Below, piece after piece: positions 25,213 to 34,309 of a DNA stretch of 38,003 nucleotides; position 1 is the stretch's first letter, and every line of letters starts with the position of its first letter. The notes below the pieces were generated by a model that made no database searches, was not told the origin of the DNA, and was given only the letters and a program-made list of their open reading frames with translations. Both the position numbers and the translations under genes were made by a program. Origin of the DNA: Macrostomum lignano (taxonomy: Eukaryota); NCBI GenBank assembly GCA_002269645.1, contig NIVC01002025.1, positions 1 to 38,003 of the forward strand. Direction: 5' to 3'.

Positions 25213-25748
25213 TGCCGTTCGTGCTGCTGCAGTTGGTTCACGGAGAGCTGTACCACGGGTTCGGCAAGGCTGCCACCACTGCTGCTGCTCGCTTGACTGC
25301 AGCTGCCAATGCCGCTTGTGGACGCCGACGAGAAAGACTCTCCGGAGCCGGCCGGAGGCCTCGAGTCCGCGACGTCCGGGTACTCGCTAGTTGAGACGCC
25401 GACGAAAGCCGGGTTGGTGCAGCCGTCGGAGCCCGCTGGTGCAGCTGTCAGGGCGGCGATGGCGGGCCGCGCGGGCAGATCGGGCAGGGCGGAGTACCTG
25501 CTGGCCGGCCGGATGCCCAGCCGAGCGCAGCGCAGCAGGCGGTCACGGTCGAGCTGTCGCTTCACCAGCCGGAAGTGCAGTCCGAAGACGAGCATGAGCA
25601 GTGCGCCGAGAATCAATAGCGCCACACCCAGGTAGGTTGCGGCTTTGGCGCCAACTGAGGCGCCGCTGTCGCCGATGGTTGCCGACACGGCGCTGCTGTC
25701 GTTGGCGGCGCCGGCCAGGACGCAGACGATGCCGAGGACGATGCTGAT

Positions 25749-25762
25749 GAGGCTGGCGCCGA
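25749..25762 (+). repeat. Left target-site duplication GAGGCTGGCGCCGA
   Basis: Identical 14-mer at 29845-29858. Confidence 0.95.
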
Positions 25763-25830
25763 TTGTGTCTCACCTTCCCGAGGTGGCAAGCGGACAGGAT
25801 GCGGTCACGCATCCTGGCAAAGAAGACACA
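25763..25830 (+). ncRNA. HDV-like self-cleaving ribozyme fold, missing the 5' strand of P1
   Basis: P2 TGTGTCT(25764-70)/AGACACA(25824-30); P3 ACC/GGT; L3 TTCCCGA; P1 3' strand GGCAAGC (25785-91); GG for P1.1 (25792-93); P4 CAGGATGCG-GTCA-CGCATCCTG; J4/2 GCAAA with putative catalytic C at 25818. Confidence 0.8.
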
Positions 25831-25910
25831 GAGGGAATCCGGCACGGAGCCCAGCCCACGACGCAAGTCGGAACTGTGCAACCGGCCCTTTTCAGCAACG
25901 GCAGGTAGCC

Positions 25911-28900
25911 ATGGCCGACCTAGCTGCCGCACAACACCAGGCCAACCACAGTCGAGACGGGGATGAGAAGAGAAAGAGAACAAGCAGGACCAACATCAAG
26001 AAGAAGAAGAGACACCTTGCAGAAATAATAAGAATAAGACTAAGAACTATTGAAAAGAATCCGGGACCGAGAGCACAGGAAGCACCTAAAAAACAAACAA
26101 AAACGAATAAAAACGAGCGCAAACCAAAAAAAAAGACAAGTGAATGGAAGAAGAGGAGAAATGAAAGACGGAAAGAAAGAAGGACAAGAAGGAAGCAAAA
26201 CGAGAAGAACCGCAGACAGAAGAGACTTGAAGAGGAGACTCGAATCACAACATGGAACGTGCAGAGAGCTAACATCCTGGACAGACGCTTCGGAGAGATA
26301 ACGAAGAAAATAATGACAGAGAACTGGCAAATCACTCTAATCTCAGAACTTAGAGCACCAGACGATGGAATAAGAAGCTACCACCAAAAAGGAAAGAATG
26401 TCCACCTGATTCACAGCAGGAAAGCGGGAATTGTACTCAATGACGAATGGCACACCATCTGGAGAGAGAGCGGAGCAAAGGTAACGAGGTGCGAGAGAGC
26501 GGTTATGCTTGAAATCTACAAGTTATCAATCATCAGCATCTATAGTCCGGTCATGGGCAGTCAACAATACGAAACAGAGCTGGCTGCACTCCGACATGAG
26601 ATTGAACGGTACATCCATGTGGATAAGACACCAAGACCACTGATTATAGGAGGAGATTTCAATGCTCAGATTGGCAAAAACTCTGAAAAACCAACATCAA
26701 ACAGAGGGAAATTTGGCTTGGAGACAACAAATAAGCAGGGAGAAGACCTAGTGAACTGGTTGACATCCAACGACCTCGCATGGGTAAACTCGTTCTACCA
26801 CCAAAAACGACGAGGGACATGGCAGAACCCAAGTAACGGAAGATGGTACGAAATTGATGGATTCGCGACAAGAGCAGAGGACCGTAATAAAATCATAAAA
26901 TCAATAAAAAATCACAACGGCTGTGCACTGTCCGACCACATCCCAAAGACATTAATAATCAGGGGCGTAGCCGACACAGGAAAAAGACCGAACGCAAAAA
27001 GACTGTACAGGAGAAGTAATCAAGGCATCAACTGGAAGAAGCTCTATGACGAAGAGAACGCAACGAAATTCAAAAAAGAGGTGGAAAGAAGAATGCAAAC
27101 GTGGAAGGAGAACAAGGAGGAAAGAGAACAAGCACCATGGACAGAAGTGCAAAGAATAATCGTGGAGAGTGCAAAGTCGATTTGCGGACCAGCGAACCGA
27201 CAAACAAATCCGTGGATGTCATCCCACGAAAACGACCTAAAGAGGCTGCATGAAGAATTGGCTGTAAGACTCCAACAGAGGAACAGGGCCAGGGAAACCC
27301 ACGGCCCGAGAAGCGAGCAGACGAAGAGAGCAGAAGAGGCGCTGAGAAAAACACGAAAAACCCAAAAAAACACGGTGAGTGAGTGGGAAGAACAGTGGTG
27401 GGATCAACTGGCCGACGAATGTAGAAACGCAGCAGACAAAGGACAAATAGCGTTGGTATACGACAAACTCCGACTCCTAGACAAAAGAGGCACGGCCTTC
27501 AACAATAGTGAAAGAGGCACGAATATCGACGAACAAGAATTCAAGGAACACCTAGAAAACATACAGAAAACAAGAATGGAGAACGAACCGGAGAAGATCG
27601 CAGAGCTCATTAGAAACCTCAAAACCCCAGCGGGAAGTAAAACCATTAGCAAGGAAGAATACAAAGAACTCAGCGACACACCGAGCGACGCGGAGATCGA
27701 TAGAGCAATCAAAGAAATGAGGGACAAAAGCCCGGGAGAGGACGAAGTACGCCTGCGCTACCTTAAGGAAGGGCCCGAAGAAGTTAGAGAAGCTGTCCGG
27801 GAAAGAATCCGATATCTATACGAACACCGAGCGTGGCACTGGGAAGCCAGTGAGAAGGTAGGCCTTATCATACCACTCTTTAAGAAAGGGGACAGGACCG
27901 ACCTTAACAATTACCGAGGAGTGTGCCTCCTGCCGATGCTAAGTCGCATATTGGCAAGAATCATCGCCTCAAGGTTACGGGACTGGGCAGAACGAGTCGG
28001 GGCGCTTGACGACAATCAGAATGGCTTTAGAGCCAACCGATCAACGGCAGACAGCACCCAGATAATCATCCGTATACAAGAAGACATAACAGAATACCGC
28101 CAGGCGAAAAACGCCGTAGGAGACTGCAACCTCGAAGAAGACCAACTAGCATTTCTCCTAGACCTCCGGAAAGCATACCCCAGAGTCAGCAAACCGGTAC
28201 TTTGGGGGATACTACAGAAGTACGCCCTGCCGGAAAAAGTGATTGACAAATTGAAGGACCTTCATGAATACACGGAGTTTAAAGTGAAAGGAAAGAAACA
28301 GTCCAGTGAATCGTGGTTGCCAGAAAGAGGACTACGCGAAGGATGCCCGACATCCCCAGTTCTATTTAATATCTTTCACCAAGCATGCATCAGGGAAGTT
28401 GAGGAGAAAAGAACACAAACAGCAAAGGAGAAAGAGCAAATATGTGGAATTGAATGGACATACCTCCCAGGAAGCTCACTCCCACCTCAGCGAAGAAACC
28501 AGCCAAACTCGGAGACCAAAACCGAACTCATCAGGACAGTTCTATTTGCAGACGACACCACTATCCTAGGCAACCGCAAGGAACTCAGCGCGGGCCTAGA
28601 GTCGACGAAAGAAATAATGGCAGGATTCGAAGAACAAACGAACGACAAAAAGCAAGAGGTAATGATATTCGGAACCAGAGAGGGAGGAAAAGTACGCATG
28701 CTAGGATCATGGACGGACACGAAGTACGACACGAGCCAGAGATTGCAAAAAGCGGCGAGAAGCTGGTCGACGATCCGTAGACGTTTCATCAAGTGCAGGT
28801 TGAAAAAGACCACGCAAGCGAAGGTCGTTGAAGCCTGTATAGAGAGCATCCTGCTATTCCACGCGAACATACGCCCATTCCTGAAGTCAGAAACGAAGCA

Positions 28901-29783
28901 ACTACAAAGCTTCATGGACCGAATCTACCGGCAGATATGGAGCAGCAGGAAAATGGAACCACTAAGGGAAATGGAGGCAAAAGGAATAAATATGCAGGAC
29001 ATTCGCAATGAACTAGAAGTAACGACAATACAAACAAAGATTGAGAAGAGCCACCTGATCCGCATCGGACATGTGCTTCGCATGGAGGCGAACCGCCTAA
29101 CGAAAAAGATGGTTCTCGGATGGTACAAGGGTCTGGAAAAGATAAGGAAAACACGTAAGAGAAAAGGTAACACCATCGAATACTGGAAGCGACTACTACG
29201 CCAAGCAGGGATCGAGCCGGAAATGACAGAGAGACTAGCAACCGACCGCCAGAAATGGCGTAAAATTGTTCAAGAACGCATAAGCCACCTCAAGAGATGG
29301 GAACAACAACAAGGAAAGAAGGCAGAAGCAAGGAACATCGAAAGGAACGACAAACAGAAACAGGAGAAAACAAGAACATTCATATGTGAATACGAAGACT
29401 GCGGAAAGGAGTGCAAAAGCAAAGCAGGCCTGACCATTCACCAAAAGAGGATGCACCGCAAGATAGAAGAACCAGTAACGTTCAAGTGCGTAAAATGCGA
29501 GAAGCAGTTCAGACAAGAGGCAACGTGGTTAAACCACGTAAAGGTCTGCGGAGGAGAGAGAGAAGTGGGAGGAAACCGCGTAAAATGCGCGACCTGTGCT
29601 CGAGAAATATCGAAATCAAACCTAGCGAGACACCGCAAAACCTGCGGTACAACGCGGGAAGAGACACGGTCCCCGGGAGGTGAGAGGAAGTACCGAGCGA
29701 AAACTAAACAATGCGAAGGTTGTGGGCGCACGCTCGCCGCGACGAACATGGCACGCCACCTACGCACCTGCAAGGACTGCTGA
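25911..29783 (+). CDS. RTE-type ORF: 2A-like N-terminus, basic region, APE endonuclease, reverse transcriptase, four C-terminal zinc fingers (1290 aa)
   Basis: gccATGG start. APE motifs ITTWNV, LISE, IIGGDFNAQIG, EIDGF, LSDH. RT motifs NYRGVCLL, QNGFR, FLLDLRKAYPRV, GLREGCPTSPVLFN, LFADD. RTE-style tail GHVLRM...RLTKKMVLGW. One C2H2 plus three C2HC fingers at 29379-29780. Confidence 0.95.
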   Translation: MADLAAAQHQANHSRDGDEKRKRTSRTNIKKKKRHLAEIIRIRLRTIEKNPGPRAQEAPKKQTKTNKNERKPKKKTSEWKKRRNERRKERRTRRKQNEKNRRQKRLEEETRITTWNVQRANILDRRFGEITKKIMTENWQITLISELRAPDDGIRSYHQKGKNVHLIHSRKAGIVLNDEWHTIWRESGAKVTRCERAVMLEIYKLSIISIYSPVMGSQQYETELAALRHEIERYIHVDKTPRPLIIGGDFNAQIGKNSEKPTSNRGKFGLETTNKQGEDLVNWLTSNDLAWVNSFYHQKRRGTWQNPSNGRWYEIDGFATRAEDRNKIIKSIKNHNGCALSDHIPKTLIIRGVADTGKRPNAKRLYRRSNQGINWKKLYDEENATKFKKEVERRMQTWKENKEEREQAPWTEVQRIIVESAKSICGPANRQTNPWMSSHENDLKRLHEELAVRLQQRNRARETHGPRSEQTKRAEEALRKTRKTQKNTVSEWEEQWWDQLADECRNAADKGQIALVYDKLRLLDKRGTAFNNSERGTNIDEQEFKEHLENIQKTRMENEPEKIAELIRNLKTPAGSKTISKEEYKELSDTPSDAEIDRAIKEMRDKSPGEDEVRLRYLKEGPEEVREAVRERIRYLYEHRAWHWEASEKVGLIIPLFKKGDRTDLNNYRGVCLLPMLSRILARIIASRLRDWAERVGALDDNQNGFRANRSTADSTQIIIRIQEDITEYRQAKNAVGDCNLEEDQLAFLLDLRKAYPRVSKPVLWGILQKYALPEKVIDKLKDLHEYTEFKVKGKKQSSESWLPERGLREGCPTSPVLFNIFHQACIREVEEKRTQTAKEKEQICGIEWTYLPGSSLPPQRRNQPNSETKTELIRTVLFADDTTILGNRKELSAGLESTKEIMAGFEEQTNDKKQEVMIFGTREGGKVRMLGSWTDTKYDTSQRLQKAARSWSTIRRRFIKCRLKKTTQAKVVEACIESILLFHANIRPFLKSETKQLQSFMDRIYRQIWSSRKMEPLREMEAKGINMQDIRNELEVTTIQTKIEKSHLIRIGHVLRMEANRLTKKMVLGWYKGLEKIRKTRKRKGNTIEYWKRLLRQAGIEPEMTERLATDRQKWRKIVQERISHLKRWEQQQGKKAEARNIERNDKQKQEKTRTFICEYEDCGKECKSKAGLTIHQKRMHRKIEEPVTFKCVKCEKQFRQEATWLNHVKVCGGEREVGGNRVKCATCAREISKSNLARHRKTCGTTREETRSPGGERKYRAKTKQCEGCGRTLAATNMARHLRTCKDC

Positions 29784-29844
29784 CGAGAGACCCCGAAGAC
29801 TGCCCATGCCACACGGCGACAAAAGGGAAGAAGAAGAAGAAGAA

Positions 29845-29858
29845 GAGGCTGGCGCCGA
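29845..29858 (+). repeat. Right target-site duplication GAGGCTGGCGCCGA
   Basis: Directly after the (GAA)6 tail; matches 25749-25762. Confidence 0.95.
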
Positions 29859-29949
29859 ACTCGATCCAGCAGGGCCGGGTGGCGAGGCTGCAGATCGGCT
29901 CGTGCGTGCCCGTCCGGCTGCTGCGGAGGCTCTGGCAGTCTGACGACAT
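29845..29949 (-). pseudogene. 5' part of the interrupted two-TM gene (MSSDCQSLRSSRTGTHEPICSLATRPCWIEFGASL)
   Basis: ATG at 29949 preceded by acceptor-like ttctcag/ttcaaag; ends in the TSD and continues in frame at 25748 (total 1026 nt = 341 aa + stop). Confidence 0.8.
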
Positions 29950-30597
29950 CGCTTTGAACTGAGAATTTTGACGGCGGCTCAACAGTGGCTAAGCTTACAT
30001 TATTGTCAGAACAATCTGCAGTGGAGTGGCAGCCTTTAGAGTGGAATTCAAAACTAGGAAGTGACTGAGCTCAATAATCCCCTTTACTCAAATATAGGCG
30101 CACGGAGGGGGGTTGGTTGCGGGGAGAGAAAAGAACCGAGGCGGGGGCCGCTCTGCAGCCACCTTCCTTTCCCTCGCTCTGCTCCTCTGTCTGCAGCTGG
30201 CTGGAATCACTCTCACCCTGAGCGCTGCAGCTCAGCTTCTCAGTGCAGTGCAGTCCAATGAGGCTCCAGCGCCGGAGTACACAAGCCAGCGCTCACACGG
30301 GGTGGGTGGGACCGAGAAATGCATTGGGCTGTTCTAAAGCTTGCCGAAGCACTCTGCGTGTGCGCCCCATTGTTCTGCCGTGGTTTGCTATTTTTTAGCT
30401 CTTAAACGCTAGCAGACAACAGCTGGTCTTGAGTGAAGAGAAGTTTTGTACAGTGTCTGTGCCGACCTTACCCCAGAGAAATGAGTTCTCTATGCACCGA
30501 TTCGGGGTCATCAGCTGCCTTTCCATTCTGTTTTTAACAGGTTTTAATAAGCTGAAGCAAAGAACAAAAATCAGAGAAAAATCAGAGATATTTCAAG

Positions 30598-31062
<465 letters not shown>

Positions 31063-31336
31063 AAAGACGTTCTGTAAGTTCCAGTTTGTTTATGTTGTTC
31101 TGTTTTGTCAAAAGCAATACAAATCGGTTTAAAAAAGATACAAAAAAGAGTTTAATTGCATTATATTTAGCCTTCCTGCATAGCTAGGATCATGTAAATA
31201 CAAATAGAAATTATAGCACTAAAACGGATGCAAAGTACGTGAGCTTGAGCTATGACAGTACCCAACAGCGTATTTGAGTATTGACTGATAAATAGTGAAT
31301 TACAAGTTATTATGCACATGCGCGCACCCAGCCTAC

Positions 31337-34309
31337 TCATAGTAGTTCGCTCTCTCGATAAATCGGAAAACTGGCCCTGCGCAGCCGCTTGATCCGGTGG
31401 TAGCTGTCCAAATAGACGCTAATGGGAAGCCGTCGAGACCAGCCGTGCACCTGCCAGCTGCCCGGCGGCAGAGTCGACTCAATGTCCGACACGCTGACCT
31501 CATCGTCGTTGGCTTCGGGCGGACATTCATCGTCTGAGTGGCTGCCGCCTCCGCGGCCGTCGCTCAGGAAGCCGGACTCCGGCTCGCTGACCGGCCTGTC
31601 CACCTGGCCGCGCCTTGACGCCATCAGCAATGGGTGCTCGCTGGAGGCGCCCGTGGCTGCCAGCTGTTGCTGACGGCAGCAGCAGCGTCGAGTGCGACAT
31701 CGGTGGCGACGCAGCTGCGGCTGACGTCCCCGCGGTTCCGCCGCCAAGAAGTCAGCCGCCGTGTGCTGCTTGTTGAGTTTCCCTCGACGCTGTTGACTGC
31801 CGTCGTCATTTTTGTTGACAACAACGATGCGTCGTGGCGAACGGCGAGCGGACGAGCGCGTCAGGCCGAGCAGGGCGCCTGCCAGCACCAGGAAGCTGAG
31901 CAGGCAGGACAGCAGCGCCCAGGCGGCTCCGGCTGGCACTCGGTTGACGCCTGTGGAGGCCAGGGCGGCGGCCGCAGAGCCGGCGGGCAGCAGCTCGGAC
32001 AGCTGGCTTGGATCGACATCGGCGACAACAACGCGGCGGCTCCGGCTGAGCAGGGCGCACGAGGTTGCCGCTATGCGAAATCGTCTTTGAGTAGCGGCCG
32101 CCTGAGCAGCTTGAACTCGGAGTAGCGGCTGGGCGTCGATGGACAGCGATGCCTTCGGCTGAAGCACCTGCGCGAATTCTTCCCAGCTGTCTCCCTTATC
32201 GAGGCTTCCGTCTCTCGAGTCCCAAACGCCAACCTCAAGCCGGTAGTAGAGCACCGGCACCGGGGTGCTCATCGGCGGTTGCCAAGCGATACACAGAACG
32301 CCGGCACTGACGACATCGAAGCTGGCTGGCACAGGCGGACCCGGCCGAGGCCCCAAGCTGCGCTGGATTGGCGGGAACCAGGGCCGTCCAGAGCGATCCC
32401 GGGGCAGCGGCCGGTCGGCCAGCTCAGGCGAATAGCCAGCCGTTCGGCCGGCTGTCGTCTCTGGCCGGACTCGCATCTCCAGTGCCGAACTGCCAACCGA
32501 TTTTGACGTTAGCGACAGCTCGTAGGCCGTGTCGGCTAGCAGCTTGGTCACCGTGGCCTCGGTGGCCGTTGGCGGGTCTGCCAGCAGCCTATTCCTGGTC
32601 TTGTCGCCCAGGCGCCGGTACCAGACGGTGTAGTGCACCGCGCGACCCGCGTCATAAGCCGGCTGCCACGTCAGGTGCAGGGAGAAGGGCGTCACGCTGA
32701 CGACTGTCAGGTTGGCTGGCGGGTGCGGAGAGGTGAGCTCCACCAGTAGACGCGCTGAAGCAGCCAATGGCAACACGGGGTTCTCCAGAGCGCAGGTGTA
32801 GGTCCCCTCAAGGTCGGGTTGGACGTCCCGAACGGACAGCTCCTGGTCCAGCGGGTCGTATGCGAGTCTCCTGTCCCGGTAGTCAAGGCGCCGACCGTTG
32901 CGCAGCCAGACAAGGCCGGTGGGGACATTCGAAGGTGCCCAGAATGCGCAGGGCATTCGCACCGACTCTCCCAGAGCCAGTTGGTACAGCGCCAACGGTC
33001 GGGCGATGAACCGAGGCGACTGCACTGTCTGAACAGTAAACTCGGGCGTCCAGGAGCTCCAGGTGTTGAAACTGCTGGCAGTTTGAAGCGCGCGACAGCG
33101 GTACCTGCCGGAGTGCGACGGTGTGACCAGGTTTAACCGGTAGCGCCTGCCCAGGTAGGCCGCTCCAATGGGCGAGCTGTTGCGAATCCAGTCTGTGGTA
33201 TCAACTGGCGGATTAGCGAACACGGGACAGGTGAGCGAGCCCGGCTGGCCGAGCGGCAGGAACTGGTCTCGACTAGAATTCGGCAATAAAGTCGGCGGAT
33301 GCAGCACAGTGACGGCGCTGGGCCGGCTTGTCAAGTGCAGCTCCGATCCAACCATGACTTGGCACCGGTAGGTTCCGGAGTGACTGTGGTCCAGTGCGGG
33401 GAAAATCAAAGAGCTGTTCTGGTGGCCTACGGCGACGGACGCATCGGGCGATGAGAGAAGCGACGTCCAGAGTTTGAGCTTCGAACCCGGCTGGGCTCGC
33501 TGCCAATCGACTCTAGCGCGCAGGCCTGGGTCAGCGTGGAAGCCGCACGGCAGTTCCAGTCGGGCGCCTTCGAGTGCCGTTGTTTGACTCGGCGGCGGCC
33601 GGTGAATGAAGGCGGCGCCGGCGCCGACCAGAACTGTGAAGTCGAGTTCGCTCACTCCGTAAGGGTTTTCTATGCGACAGGCGTACCTGCCAGAATCGTT
33701 GACGTTGAGGTTGTACACCTGCAACTGTTCCGGCAAGTGCCGGTCGATGCGAACCCGGCCTCGGTTGGCCAGGGGACACTCGTTGACCAGCCAGGAGACA
33801 GTCGGCTGGGGCCGGCCGCGGAACTTCGGGCACCGAAGTACAACGTATTCGCCAGCCTGTCTGTGAAGAGTCCTGGTCAGTACAGCCGATTCATTCGCCT
33901 CGAACTTCGGCAGCAGCCAAAGTTGAAGATGAAATTCCTGGACGCTGTTGTCACCATTCTCAAGCTCAACACGGCATAAGTACAGGCCGTCGTCCCTCTC
34001 CCGGAGATGAGTCAGGTTGAACCGATGCATCCGTGATGACGGAGACTGGACTGTCAGCCGGTGGAAGTAGCCGCTGCCAAGGCTGGCCGGGAAATTGCCG
34101 TGCCGCTCGAACGCGAGCTTGTTTGACTTGGTGAGGCTGAGCTGCTTCACTGCTGAGGCGTCTGAACGTGGCGTTCCTGTTGACGATGGAATCCGGCAGT
34201 CTAGCAGGACGCTGCCGCCCTCCACCGCGCGCAGCTCGGCGGAGTCGCCCTCGAGACAGCGCAGGGCGAGCAGCACCGCCACCAGCAGGGCCAAGAGTTT
34301 GCAGGCCAT
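31337..34309 (-). CDS. tutl: Turtle/IGSF9 (Dasm1)-like cell-adhesion protein, single coding exon, 990 aa
   Basis: Signal peptide MACKLLALLVAVLLALRCLEG; five Ig domains (DDGLYLC, DSGRYAC, HSGTYRC, HSGRYRC, LEGTYTC); two FN3 (LHLTWQPAYDAG...YTVWY; LCIAWQPP...YYRLE); TM AWALLSCLLSFLVLAGALLGL; cytoplasmic tail. 5 Ig + 2 FN3 + TM is the Turtle/IGSF9 layout. An in-frame stop lies upstream of the ATG. Confidence 0.85.
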   Translation of the reverse strand: MACKLLALLVAVLLALRCLEGDSAELRAVEGGSVLLDCRIPSSTGTPRSDASAVKQLSLTKSNKLAFERHGNFPASLGSGYFHRLTVQSPSSRMHRFNLTHLRERDDGLYLCRVELENGDNSVQEFHLQLWLLPKFEANESAVLTRTLHRQAGEYVVLRCPKFRGRPQPTVSWLVNECPLANRGRVRIDRHLPEQLQVYNLNVNDSGRYACRIENPYGVSELDFTVLVGAGAAFIHRPPPSQTTALEGARLELPCGFHADPGLRARVDWQRAQPGSKLKLWTSLLSSPDASVAVGHQNSSLIFPALDHSHSGTYRCQVMVGSELHLTSRPSAVTVLHPPTLLPNSSRDQFLPLGQPGSLTCPVFANPPVDTTDWIRNSSPIGAAYLGRRYRLNLVTPSHSGRYRCRALQTASSFNTWSSWTPEFTVQTVQSPRFIARPLALYQLALGESVRMPCAFWAPSNVPTGLVWLRNGRRLDYRDRRLAYDPLDQELSVRDVQPDLEGTYTCALENPVLPLAASARLLVELTSPHPPANLTVVSVTPFSLHLTWQPAYDAGRAVHYTVWYRRLGDKTRNRLLADPPTATEATVTKLLADTAYELSLTSKSVGSSALEMRVRPETTAGRTAGYSPELADRPLPRDRSGRPWFPPIQRSLGPRPGPPVPASFDVVSAGVLCIAWQPPMSTPVPVLYYRLEVGVWDSRDGSLDKGDSWEEFAQVLQPKASLSIDAQPLLRVQAAQAAATQRRFRIAATSCALLSRSRRVVVADVDPSQLSELLPAGSAAAALASTGVNRVPAGAAWALLSCLLSFLVLAGALLGLTRSSARRSPRRIVVVNKNDDGSQQRRGKLNKQHTAADFLAAEPRGRQPQLRRHRCRTRRCCCRQQQLAATGASSEHPLLMASRRGQVDRPVSEPESGFLSDGRGGGSHSDDECPPEANDDEVSVSDIESTLPPGSWQVHGWSRRLPISVYLDSYHRIKRLRRASFPIYRESELL

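Larger units (their letters stand above)
24828..25762 (-). pseudogene. 3' part of a two-TM membrane-protein gene with a long HQQ repeat, interrupted by the RTE insertion
   Basis: Frame GASLISIVLGIVCVLAGAAND...ATYLGVALLILGALLMLVFGLHFRLVKR...(HQQ)n...GYRSSQI*; GC-rich codon usage. Joins in frame to 29859-29949 once the insertion and one TSD copy are removed. Confidence 0.82.
25763..29844 (+). mobile_element. Near-full-length RTE-clade non-LTR retrotransposon (4082 bp)
   Basis: 14-bp TSD, 148-nt 5'UTR, single intact ORF, 61-nt 3'UTR ending in (GAA)6 at 29827-29844. Confidence 0.95.

Noticed and set aside
24836-25394. Plus-strand poly(AGA), poly(LVL) and poly(CCW) ORFs
   Set aside because: Alternative readings of the (CAGCAGCAC)n repeat. 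Only the minus-strand frame connects to non-repetitive, TM-encoding sequence.
25774-25840. Antisense splice acceptor (ttctttgccag at about 25815) and donor (gtgaga at about 25774) that might splice the RTE out of the host gene
   Set aside because: No donor at the upstream junction (29844), and read-through from the acceptor hits TGA in the host frame; the signals coincide with ribozyme stems.
25892-29982. Numerous short antisense and off-frame ORFs within the retrotransposon
   Set aside because: Shadows of the purine-rich RTE ORF; no independent motifs.
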